Shown here piece after piece: positions 48,727 to 61,576 of a stretch of DNA of 64,000 bases. The position numbers were made by a program, and so were the translations under genes. Origin of the DNA: Octopus vulgaris (Eukaryota); contig OX597815.1 in the NCBI GenBank assembly GCA_951406725.2, positions 52,018,001-52,082,000 of the forward strand, given 5' to 3'. The stretch's first letter is position 1. Each line of letters starts with the position of its first letter. Under the pieces are notes generated by a model. That model saw only the letters and a program-made list of their open reading frames with translations. It made no database searches and was not told where the DNA came from.

Positions 48727-51270
48727 CATATATATGAAATAGGCTTCCACACAGTTATTATAATCACTTACAAGTCATTGACTGGCTTCTGTGACGGTGG
48801 CATGTAAAAAGCACCATCCAAACATGACCGATGACAGCTCCGCCTTGACTGGCTTCTGTACAGGTGGCATGTAAAAAACACCAACTGATATTGGCCACTG
48901 CCAGCCACCCCTGGCACCTGTGTCAGTGGCACGTAAAAAGCACCCACTACACTCACGGAGTGATTGGCGTTAGGAAGGGCATCCAACTGTAGAAACACTG
49001 CCAGATCAGACTGGAGCCTGGTGCAGCCTCCTGGCTTACCAGACCCCGGTAGAACCGTCCAACCCGTGCTAGCATGGAAAATGGATGTTAAACGACGATG
49101 ATGATGATGATGATGATGATAGATATACATATATATGAAAGGCTTCTTTCAGTTTCTGTCTACCAAATCCACTCACAAAGCTTTGGTTGGCCTGATGCTT
49201 ATAGTAGAAGACACTTGCCCAAGGTGCCATGCAGTGGGACTGAACCTGAAACCATGTAGTTTCGGGTATTAATTTTGATAATTTGGAATAAGAATTGTAG
49301 GTATTAATTTTGATAATTTTAATATTTAGTCCTATATGTACATATTGTGGATAATGTCATTCAATGATGATTGAGTTGCTTGAGGGTGATTCTGTCTCTT
49401 AAACCTACCTATCTATCAGTTTCGTCTACCAAATCCACTTACAAAGCTTTGGTCAGCCTGAGACTACAGTAGAAGACTCTTGCCCAAGGTACCACACAGT
49501 GGGACTGAACCTGAAACCATGTGGTTGTGAAGCAAGCTTCTTACCACACAGCCATGCCTGCACCTATATATGTTTTTACTTTAAATCAAGTTTGGTTGTA
49601 AACTGAAATGGCTTATACAACATGGAACCTTAAAAGCTAGAAATCTGGTTGGACCCTAACTCACACCTCTTGGTTGACATTTTGGTGCATTGACCACTAT
49701 GCTACATGTATGTTTACTGAGATGATTCCATATATTACTTGAATGTACATCAGTCATTAAGATCATATTTTTCATACTTGCACACATGTGTCATCCTCTC
49801 AAAGTTTTGTTTACTTTCATTAATCACAAAGATTTGATGGATTGGATTTGCTTTCTTATTCTTTGACCCAAAAGTGGTAATCTTTCATCAAATTGATTGC
49901 TGTTGTCTGAAGAAGATATAAATAACTTCCTTTTCGATCTATAAATTTAAACTGCATCAAATAATTTTGTTATGTTTGGAGGAACAATTGGAGAAAGAGT
50001 ACAGCAGAATTTATTTCTAAGAAGATGATAGCTTATGGTATCACTACTCAGAGTTTCTTGCTATCTGCAATTGTTTAGACAATAACAAGATGCTGCCTGA
50101 GTAATTAAGTAAAGGTAATTAAGTAATTAAGTAAATCATACATAGCTGTATGATTACGGAGTTTCTTTTGAAACCACATGATTTCTGTTTGATTCCATTG
50201 CACAGAATCTTGAGAAATGTCTTTTACCTTTTATTATAGCTTCAGATTGACTGAGATCTTGAGTAGAATTTGGTAGATGGAAACTGTGCAGAAACCTGGT
50301 ATGTGTATGCATGTGTGTGTGTGTGTGTTTGTGCTTATACTGGGTGTGTGGATAGTCTAACAGCTATTGGCTAAGCTGACAAGAGGGTCCACTAACCTCA
50401 TTTCATCTACTCTTCTATTCCTGCGCAGATCATAAACACCTATTAGTTCTTTTCATTATCCTGTCTATTTCAGTACCATGTCATCATGTAAATATAATTT
50501 TCAATAGTTTTGTCTTCCTTGTTATTCCCTTAAGATAACCTTAGTTCATGTATTTCCTTAACTGCAACATATTCATTGATCCATTCATGTATTAAAGTTT
50601 TATCACACAGTCACTTATTACTCTGATTTTGTCTTAGATTGTCTGACCGAAAACTCTCAGATTTCTTAATTCTATTTTACTATTATCAACATTCGCTGTC
50701 TCGTTAAATTATGCTACGCAGATCCCAAAATAATATTTTTCTCCCTTGTGTTCTTGCCCACTTCCCCCCTCTCTCTCTCTAGCTCACTCTGTCTATCTGT
50801 CTCTCTCAGCCTCACCTTGTCTGTCTGTCTGTCTCTCTCTCAGCCTCACTCTGTCTGTCTCTTGCTCTTTCGATTACCACTCGCTTCGCCAAGACTTCCT
50901 CCACCAGCACCAGCATCACCACCACCAGCACCATCAGCACCAGTACCAGCACTAGCACTAGCACCACCACCACCCTATATAAACCAGCGCAAGCAGAAGA
51001 TGCTCTCGTCTAAACTTCCTAGTTTGCGGTGCGCCCGAACTCCCACCCCCTCCCACTGCACCGGAAGTTCCTATCCTTTGTCATCCCTTAGTTGTCTCCC
51101 ATGAACACTTCTAAAGGCTTTACGCCATCCCCACCCCTACTTAGGGTTATCTCCTATGTTAGGTAGTGATCATATAGTGCAAAAATATGATAGTGTAGTG
51201 TATGCAGGTTGAACTGAATGCTAATGTTTGTTTATGAATTCTGTCAAATGCGAGCTTTCTTTTCAGGTAC

Positions 51271-54200
51271 ATGAAGTTACTGTCCCCCGTCCCAGGGTCT
51301 CAAGGGGCCCATACCTCCCACACCCTCTGGGTTGGCACTCTCAACGTTGGCACACTGAAAGGTAGGTCTGGTGAGATTGTTGAGATGCTTGAACAGAGGT
51401 GTGTCGATATGTGCTGCATCCAAGCAGTAAGGTGGAGAGAAGGTTCCGCTAGGTTCCTCACCTGCAAAGAACACAGTTACAAGATTTTCTGGGCAGGGAA
51501 CACTGACAGGGTTGGGGGCGTGGGTATACTTCTTGCTGAGAAATGGGTGGATAAGGTAATCGAGATAGTCAGAGTATGCAACAGAATACTTAAGATTAGA
51601 TTAGTGCTTCATCATGGGTTAGCAACCATTATCTCGACCTGTGCCCCTCAGCCGGGGCTACCTGATGGATAAAAAAACCGATTCTATGACACCTTCTTGC
51701 AGACAAGCTCGTTGACGAATGACAGGGACCTTCTCTTTGTGGCTGGTGACTTCAATGGACATGTTGGACAACATACAAGGGGCTTCTATGGCATACATGG
51801 AGGCTAAAGTTATGGTTCCCAAAAGAAGGAGAGAACCAGGCTGCTGGAGTTCTGTGATGCAAATGATCTTATGGTTTGCAATACTAACTTCAGGAAACAT
51901 GCCAGTCACCTAGTCACCTACCTTCTGGCAGACACGCTAGCCAAATTGACTACATCCTTGCCAGAAAAAGGGATAGATGGCTGCTTATAAATGCCAAAAC
52001 CTTCCCAAGTGAAGAATGTACCCCACAACATAGACTGGTAGTTAGTGACGTTAGGATCAGGGCTAAGTGGATGCCCAGAAGACCAACATGGAGGAAAAGG
52101 GTCTGGAAGCTTAAAGATCCTGCAAATGGACAGAGATTTAGAGACATACTACTCGAAGCCTTTGACGAAATAGAAGGGGATATAGCTTCATATGGTGTAG
52201 AAGACAACTGAAGGTGTCTACAGGACAACCTGCTGAGAGCCACTGACCAGATATGTGGATGGTGCAAAGTCCCCTCTCGACCCAAAATAACGTGGTGTTG
52301 ACGCAATGTTGTTGACAGGGCTGTTAGAGGAAAGAAACAGGCTTGGAAGGACTGGAAGAACGGTGGTAGCAGGGAATTGTATCAGACTGCCAGAAGGGAA
52401 GCTAGGAGACAGGTTTATTTAGCCAGAGGGGAAGCGGATAAGAAAAAATTTGCCAATGTTCTGCCCTGTGAGGACAAAGAGTTGAGATATTTCGTGTTGC
52501 AAGACAGTGTGTGAGAGAGAATCGTGATGTAGGAGAGAAATGTGTCCGCATGGATGATGGTTCTCTTGCACTAAATGAGCCTGCAAAGAGAGAAGTTTGG
52601 AGATACCACTATGAAAGGTTGCTCAATAAAGTAAATGAATGGGAGAAAGAGAGTCTGCCGAATGTTGACCCAACAGAGGGACCAGCTATCCGAGTTGACA
52701 GTACCTTGGTAGATAAAGCAATTAAGAGTATGAAGACAGGGAAAGCCCACAGCCCATCAGGAATTACTGCAGAGATGCTCAAAATATCTGGCAGTGTCGG
52801 CTATAGCCTAGTCACCCATATAGTTAACCAGGTGATACACAAAGGAGTCATACCCAATTACTGGTGTAGCAGCACCATAGTCAACTGCTACAAAGGTAAA
52901 AGTGACGCTTTAGATACAAATAATTACAGAGGTATCAAGTTGTTGGATCAGGTAATGAAGGTCACGGAGAGGGTCATAGCCTAACTAATTAGGGAGAGAG
53001 TTAGTTTAGATGAAATGCAGTTTGGGTTCATACCAGAGAAAAGCACCACTGATACTATATTTCTGGTAAGACAGCTGTAGGAGAAATACCTAGCCAAAGA
53101 TAAACCTCTGTACCTGGCTTTTGTTGACATGGAGAAAGCCTTTGACAGGGTCCCCCGATCCCTTATCTGGTGGTAAATGAAGAAAATAGGGAGAGATGAA
53201 TGGTTAGTGAGAGCTGTGCAAGCCATGTACAGGGATGCTGTCAGTAAGATGAGGGTTGGCAATGAGTGCAGTGAAGAATTCCGGGTAGAGGTAGGGGTCC
53301 ATCAAAGTTCAGTCCTCAGCCCCTTCCTATTTATCATAGTCCTCCAGGCAATAACAGAGGAATTCAAGACAGGATGTCCCTGGGACCTCCTCTATGCTGA
53401 CGACCTTGCTCTAATTACTGAGTCACTATCAGAACTAGAGAAGAAGTTTCAAGTATGGAAACAAGGATTAGAATTGGAGGGCCTTAGAGTCAACCTAGCT
53501 AAAACCAAAGTCCTAATAAGTAGGAAGGCAGGAAAACCACAAATCCCTTCAGGTAGATGGCCCTGCTCGATCTGTAGAAAAGGCATAGGTAGAAACTCTA
53601 TAAGATGTACCTAGTGTAAGCTATGGACACATAAGAGGTGCAGCAATGTCAAAGGAAGGCTAACTAGGAAGATAGTTTTTGTATGTGGCAGATGCTCAGG
53701 TGCTATAAACACTGAAAATGTGAAGAGAACAGCTTCTGTCACATTCCAGGGAGAAAAACTAGAAGTAGTTAATAGCTTCCGTTACCTAGGTGACCAAGTC
53801 AGTAGTAGGGGAGGGTGCACTGAAAGTGTAATTGCTAGAATAAGAATAGCCTGGGCAAAGTTCAGAGAGCTCTTACTTCTACTGGTGACAAAGCGCCTCT
53901 CACTCAGAGTTAAAGGTAGACTGTATGATGCATGTGTACAAACAGCCATGCTACATGGTAGTGAAACTGCTGAGGACATGTGTAAGCTCACAAGGAATGA
54001 AGCCAGTATGATCTCATGGATGTGTAATGTCAGTGTGCATACTTGACAGTGTTAGTAGCTTGAGAGAAAAGTTGAACCTAAGAAGCATCAGATGTGGTTT
54101 GCAAGAGAGACGACTGCGCTGGTATGGTCATGTGGTGAGAATGGATGAGGATAGCAGTGTGAAAAAGTGCTACACCCTAGCAGTTGAGGGAACCTTTGGA

Positions 54201-54881
54201 AGGGGTAGACCCAGGAAGACCTGGGATGAAGTGGTGAAGCATGACTTTCGAACTTTAGGCCTCACCAAGGCAATGACTAGTAACTGGGACCTTTGGAAAT
54301 ATGCTGTGCTTGAGAAGACTTGGCAAGCCCAAGTGAGACTCTCTTGGCCTATGCCAGGGGTGTAACCAGCCCACTTATGAGTACCTTTCTTTCATTGGAC
54401 ACTAAACTTTGCTTGCGAAGACCTGTTGAGGCAAGTGAATTCAAAATCGAAATCAAATTCGATAACTGGCATCTGTGCTAGTGGAGCATGATTGTTGCCA
54501 GAGCAACAAACTAGCCTCAATGCTGGTGGCATGTAAAAAGCACCATTTGAGAGTGATCGTTACCTTGCTGGCACTTGTACTGGTGGCATGTGAAAAAACA
54601 TTCGAGCGAGGTCGTTGCCAATGCCGCTGGACTGGCTTCTGTGCAGGTGGCACATAAAAAGTACCAATTGAGCATGGCCATTGCCAGTACCACCTGACTG
54701 GCCCTCGTGCCGGTGGAACGTAAAAGCACCCACTACACTCTCGGAGTGGTTGGTGTTAGGAAGGGCATCCAGCTGTAGAAACTCTGCCAAATCAGATTGG
54801 AGTCTGGTGCAGCCAGTCAAATCGTCCAACCTATGCTAGCATGGAAAGCAGATGGTAAACAATGATGATGATGGTGATGAT
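51271..54881 (+). mobile_element. Near full-length RTE LINE (APE + RT), pseudogenised; 5' UTR probably extends upstream to ~50700
   Basis: VGTLNVGTL..CCIQ..GVGILL (APE), AGDFNGH, YRGIKLL, FVDMEKAFD, GVHQSSVLSPFLF, LLYADDLAL, FRYLG, RRLRWYGHV, (GAT)n tail; many in-frame stops. Confidence 0.96.
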
Positions 54882-54886
54882 ATATT

Positions 54887-54924
<38 letters not shown>

Positions 54925-55522
54925 ATATATAGACATGGTGATGCAAACAGGAAAAAATAGAACTCAAAATATGAGTATATGTATATTTTTATTAATATTT
55001 AGCAGAAGCAACAGAATGACTCAAGGGGTGAGAGTTTCATGCATTGGCTTTTATCAAACTAGTTACAGATTGAAGAGTTGTAGATTTATATAGCTGGTGA
55101 AATTGTTATGTTCCTGGTTTATTCTAGAATGAATTACAAAGATATATATATATATACATATATATACATATATATATATTTATATATATATATATGTTGT
55201 TGTCCAAAATTCTATGAGTCAGAAAATAACTTGCATTCATATATTAGGTAAAAGAATGGGTATATGGTTTATTATTATTATTATATATAATACAATAGCC
55301 AAATGTGTGTATATGTTTGTGTTTGTGTCTCTTTTTTCTTTCACAATGGGCTGCTTGTAAGGAAACATGACTGTCATGTAAAAAGCAGTGTTGTTCATTT
55401 GCAGTCTTCCATGAAATCATGGTCCAGCTATTGTGCTGTTCATTTCTGAAGGACATGAGAAAATATTACTTTACTTTGAAACAGGTGAGGGCTGGTGACA
55501 GGAAGAGGGCTGGTGGTACTGT

Positions 55523-55530
55523 ATGTATAG

Positions 55531-55589
<59 letters not shown>

Positions 55590-55599
55590 GTATATATAT

Positions 55600-55673
<74 letters not shown>

Positions 55674-55703
55674 GTATGTATATATATATACATACATATA
55701 TAC

Positions 55704-55756
<53 letters not shown>

Positions 55757-55764
55757 TACATACA
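55523..55764. repeat. (TA)n-rich microsatellite
   Basis: Seen directly. Confidence 0.95.
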
Positions 55765-58190
55765 CTAGCAGAGGTACTCAGCATTGCTCAATGTGTGAAT
55801 GTTTCGTCATTCTAAGAACACTTATTTTCTAATCTAATGACCAGCGATGCTGAAGCTTTTTTTGTAAAACGCACAGAATTCCATGCCAAAACGTACCAAA
55901 ATTCACAAAAACGTACAAAATATTTTTGAAATATGTCACAACCGCAAAAATAGAGAAAAATACCGGTTATCGGCTTTTTTCTTAGAAACTGAAATACATG
56001 GGTGTATAATAACTTGAAATTGATGAAAATACATATAAAATAGAAAAAATATTGAAATTTAAAATCTCTAAAACGTACAGTACAGTCAATATTTCAGTAA
56101 AACACACAAAATTGTACAAGCATACCAAATTCAGCAGCTCTGCCAATGAGTCCTCATGGTGAAGTCCTGCCACAGAGAGTGTTTGTCCCTGCAATATGTT
56201 GCTTGATGTCGCAAAACATATGTGAACAGGAAATTGCAACCACCTGAAAGTAAAGGGGATTTCCTCTCTCTTTCCACACCCCTACACTTGAACCACAAAG
56301 AACTGGTATCACATAACATACATGTTTGCAATATCACTGCAAACAATGCCCTGAGACTTTTGGGGTACTTTGATGCAGTGACCTCTACCAGCGTTGCATG
56401 ACACTGTGCCCCATCTTCTAGCAACCCGTACTTGAAGCAGGTTTCCTGGTATATTCCACATACCTTCCCTTGAGAGGTTTTCAGATCATGGCAACACATT
56501 GGTCCTCTGACTTCATGCAGTAAAAGACTGAGGTAGAAACACACCTCTTGATTGTGATGGACCATGTAAACTCTCCCAAGGCTGGGACTTTGATGCAGCC
56601 CCCTGGTATGTTCCACATACCTTGTCATCAAAGGTTTTCAGATCCTGGAAACACTCCTGTTGACTGGGATGGACTGTGTAAACTCTGCCAAGGCAATTTC
56701 CAGGATGTCCATCAACATCTTGTCTAGCCTATCTTCATACTCACTTCTTTTTGGCATTTACACAAATTGTGAGCTTATTTGAGCAAGTACTCTGAAAGAG
56801 GTATGGAAGTAGGTACATAGAAAGCCTACAGAATGCCAGGTGAAATGCTTAGTGGTGTCTCTTCTGTTTTTACGTTCTGAGTTCAAATTCCACCAAGGCC
56901 GACTTTGCCTTTTATCCTTTCGGGGTCGATAAATTAAGTACCAGTTATGCACTGGGGTTGATGTAATCGACTTAATCCGTTTGTCTGTCCTTGTTTGTCC
57001 CCTCTATGTTTAGCCCCTTGTGGGGAATAATGAAATAATAAAGCCTACAGAACCTCTCTATAGACAATATTTTTGTTTTACCTTGCGGGGAAAATGTGAA
57101 TAGATTGTTTTTAGTCCCCACTCTGGAGTAGCCAACATACAATTGCCTTTGTGAAAAACACGACTCCTCCAGGTGAAGTCCTGCCACAAAGAAGTTTGCC
57201 CCTGCAAGTTGTTGATTGACATCACAAAACTTACATGGACAGAAATTTGCAACTGCCTGAAAGTAAAGGGAATTTCCAATCCTGATGGAATAATGGGGAT
57301 CCTTGGTATGAAGACGTCCTTCTCCCTATCCACATCTGGACAGAATAGTCACCTCAATAACATGCAGCATCATCTTCTTCACCACCAGTGGTGACCTATT
57401 GCACAGTTTTGGAGGATCCTCCTCAGCAGCATTATTGGAATGCCCACTTTCAGTTCCTATCTGTGGGGAAGGAGACCCAGAGGTTCCAGTGGGACCTCTG
57501 GGCAAAATGTTGTAGTGCATGACCATCCTTGGCACATAAGTAATGTGTGTGTGTAGTTTGGTGAAAATCGGTTGAAGACTGTAGAAATGTATACATACTT
57601 ACACACAGGCACACATACATCCTTTGTTGGGAGGACGTACAAATACCATAAAGTCAAAGATATTTATGCAATTTTTAGACAGATGGGGCAAAATTGAATT
57701 TAAACACACTAGGTGAACAAAAAGGAAAAATAACTAAATTGTTTTTCTGGGAGGATGTACAAAAACTGTAACAACAGATTTTTACACACGACAAATTTAA
57801 ATTCATGGAAAACAATTTGTAGACAGAAGTTAGTAAGTGTGTGAGTGAGTTAAAGAAAGAGAGGGAGAGAGAGAGAGAGAAAGAGAGAAAGAGTGGGAGA
57901 ACAGACATAGACTAAAAGAGAGGAACTATTACAGAGGGTGAGAGAGAATATGTGTAAGCAAGAGAAACAGAGAATGAGAAAAAGAGAGAGAAGAGAGAAA
58001 TAAACGGACAATTGGTTGAAAACTGCAGAAGTTTTTAGAGAAAAACTAGTTTCTTGCTTGGGAGCTCTGAGCAAAATGTTATAGTTTATGACTATCCTTG
58101 GTACATAAGTAATGTGAAAATCGGTTGAAAACATGTAGAAATGCATATGTACTACACACACACACATCCTTTGTTTTATATATATGTATA
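55765..58190 (-). mobile_element. Composite Helitron with RepHel/PIF1 fragments
   Basis: 3' end agcaatgctgagtacctctgCTAG|T at 55765; GRVYMVH..FYLSLLLHEVRGP..GLLED; PPKLCN; VFIPRIP..SFVMSINNLQGQT..CFSQRQLYVGYSRV; 5'-end module repeated at ~57500-57628 and ~58070-58190. Confidence 0.85.
56834..57039 (+). mobile_element. Family-B SINE, 5'-truncated, 13-bp TSD
   Basis: aaagcctacagaa at 56821-56833 and 57040-57052. Confidence 0.9.
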
Positions 58191-58259
<69 letters not shown>

Positions 58260-58479
58260 GAAACTATGTGGGTACACTGACAAGGGTTCATATTGATCTA
58301 GTCAAGGGAAATAGTCAGCTCATGATATTAATGTGCAAGAGGCTGAGCACTCCACAAACACGCATACTCTTAATGTAGTTCTCAGGGAGATTTAACATAA
58401 CAGATAATACGACAAAGTTGGCCCTTTGAAATACAGGTAGTACTCATTTTTGCCCACTGAGAGAACTATACGTATATAT

Positions 58480-58545
<66 letters not shown>

Positions 58546-59420
58546 GTATATATATATGTATATATATATATGTATATATATATATATGTATATATATATC
58601 ATCATCATCATCATCATCATCATTTAACGTCCGTTTTCCATGCTAGCATGGGTTGGACGGTTCAACTGGGGTCTGGGGAGCCCGAAGGCTGCACCAGGTC
58701 AGTCAGATCTGGCAGTGTTTCTACAGCTGGATGCCTTTCCTAGCGCCAACCACTCCGAGAGTGTAGTGGGTGATTTTATGTGCCACCGACACAGGTGCCA
58801 GACAAGGCTGGCGAACGGCCACGCTCGGATTGTGTTTTTTATGTGCCACCGACACAGGTGCCAGACGAGGCTGGCAGACGGCCATGCTTGGATGGTGTTT
58901 TTATGTGCCACCGACACAGGTGCTAGATGAGGCTGGCGAACGGCCACGATCGGATGGTGTTTGTTACATGCCCACAGCACGGAGGCCAGTCGATGCGGTA
59001 CTGGCTACGGCCACGTTCGGATGGTTTTCTTGTGTGCCACCGGCACTGGTACCACAAAGATACAAATTCCATTGATGTTCATCTATTTTGATTTGTTTTG
59101 ATTTTCACTTGCCTCAACAGGTCTTCACAAGTGTCACAAGAAGGAAGGTATGCACAGGTGGACTGACTACGTCCCAGGTAGGGGCCACAGGTTATGGCCT
59201 GACTAGTCTTGCCGGGTCTTCGGATGGTGTTTTTATGTGCCACCGACACAGGTGTCAGATGAGGCTGGCGAACGGCCACGATCGGATGGTGTTTGTTACG
59301 TGCCCACAGCACGGACGCCAGTCGATGCGGTACTGGCTACGGCCACGTTCGGATGGTTTTCTTGTGTGCCACCGGCACTGGTACCACAAAGATACAAATT
59401 CCATTGATGTTCATCTATTT

Positions 59421-59459
<39 letters not shown>

Positions 59460-61526
59460 ATTCAAGCTGCATTCTTTTTGTTTGTTTGTGTGCGCATGTG
59501 TATGAGTCAATGTGCACACACATACACATGTATGTATGTATGCATGTATGTATGTGTGTATGTGTATATATATATATATATATGTATGTAAGTTTGTATT
59601 ATGTATGTATTCTGCATATTCATGTGTTTTTGTCATCATCATCATCATCATCGCTTAACGTCTGTTTTCCATGCTGGCACGGATTGGACAGATCAACTGG
59701 GGTCAGGGAAGCCAGGAGGCTGCACCAGGCTCCAGTTTGATCTGGCAGTGTTTCTACAACTGGATGCCCTTCTTAACGCCAACCACTCCAAGAGTGTAGT
59801 GTGTGCTTCTTTTTATGTGCCACCGGCACAGGGGCTAGAAGTGGTTGGCATTGACTACATTTGGATGGTGGTTTTATATGCCACCGGCACAGGAGCCAGA
59901 GGGGGCTGGCATCGACCATGTCTGGATGGTGCTTTTATGTGCCACTGGCATGGGAGCCAGAGGGGGCTGGCATCAATCAAGTTTGGATAGTGCCTTTTAT
60001 GTGTCACCGGTATGGGAGCCAATGAAGGCGACGCTGGCATCAGCCATGTTTGGCACTGGCAGTGTTTTTACGTGTGTGTGTGTGTGTGTGTGCCTCTGTC
60101 TCCTTGTGTGTACATGTCTGAGTATGCGTGTGTGTGGGGAGAGGGGGGTTGTGACTATGTACTGTGTCTGTATGTATGTATGGATCTGTACCTCCATATG
60201 TGTGGACAAGTGTCTCCATATGTGTGAAGTGTGTGTGTATATGGTCATGTGTTTCAGTCTTCATTTGTGTATGTGCGTATGTGTGCTTGTCTGTTCATAT
60301 AACCTATGTACTTATCTTATTTCTTTATTGCCCACAAGGGGCTAAACATAGAGGGGACAAACAAACAAAGACAGACAAAGGGATTAAGTCGATTACATTG
60401 ACTCCAGTGTGTAACTGGTACTTAATTTATCGACCCCGAAAGGATAAAAGGCAAAGTTGACCTCGGCGAAATTTGAACTCAGAATGTAATGGCAGATGAA
60501 ATACTGCTTAGTATTTCGCCCGGCATGCTAACGCTTCTGGCAGCTCGCCACCTTAAACCTATGTACCTATCTGTCTGTATGTCTATCTGTTTATTTTCAT
60601 ATCCATATGCCTTCATACACGTGCATATACATATACACATATACACACACACATACATTTATCTATCTATTTATCTATCTTTCTACATAACAGCCCACTA
60701 ACTATTCTACCTGTATATACATATAAACTGTTGGTATAAGGGTATGATTACCTACTCTGTATATTGCCTATTTAGTACAGGGGATGTTTCATTTATGAGG
60801 ACGTACTCCTGTATTTGTCTGAGGGTTGGGTCCTTTGGGTGCTTGGATAAGATGTGGATGTCAAGTTGATCCAGGTTGCCTCCATGTTTGTCCTTGGCAT
60901 GTTGATAGAGTATGGAGGACTGTTTTTTGTTGTCATATTGTCTTAAAATGTCCATTTAGTCTATCTGCCATGCTCCAAGATGTCTCTCCTATGTATGTCA
61001 TGTTCATGTCTTTACAAGCACCTTCTATGCATCTTATGCTGTAAACTACATTTCTAGTTCTATAGTTAATGCCAGGACTAATCCTACATACTGTGTAGTT
61101 ATCATTGGTGCATTTGGTATTCTCAAAGGGGTACGTCCTACATAGTTGTGATCTGATGGAGTTCCCTGGCTTTTCAACAATCTTAATGTTGAGTTTGGTC
61201 TCCTTTAGATCTTTCCTAAATCTACGGGCTAGTTCTCCATGGGCTGTGGCCTCTACAAACATCACTCCTTGATATTTGTTAGTTTTATACCATGTGTTCA
61301 TCCTATTTGCTTTGTAACAAGCTCTTTGTATTGTATTCCAGTCTTTGTTTCTATATCTAGAGCAGGTACCACTGGTATCATCACATAATGTTATCAAACT
61401 TCTTTCTAGCACCCCTGTATACTTGGACCTTTATCCTTCCGATCATATTCAGAGAATTGCATGCAGTGCATGAAGTTCTGTGCATGTTCCTTCATTTCAT
61501 AGGGTTTGCATAGTGGGGACACAACA
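59460..61526 (-). mobile_element. Second copy of the Penelope-like element with nested insertions
   Basis: ORFs 60933..61412 and 60752..60955 (NVVYSIRC..YIGETS..RQIQEYVLINETSPVLNR); interrupted by an RTE tail (59632-60065) and a SINE. Confidence 0.9.
60318..60555 (-). mobile_element. Family-B SINE with ~17-bp TSD
   Basis: aacctatgtac(t/c)tatct at 60301-60317 and 60556-60572; the site is single-copy in the sister element near 21055-21070. Confidence 0.88.

Positions 61527-61576
<50 letters not shown>

Noticed and set aside
50340-51230. HDV-like ribozyme at the RTE 5' end, known from some RTEs
   Set aside because: No nested double pseudoknot could be assembled by eye; needs an RNArobo/Infernal search.
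58770-59425. CRISPR-like repeat/spacer pattern
   Set aside because: The linkers are homologous to each other, the array is part of the RTE 3' UTR, there are no cas genes, and the context is eukaryotic.
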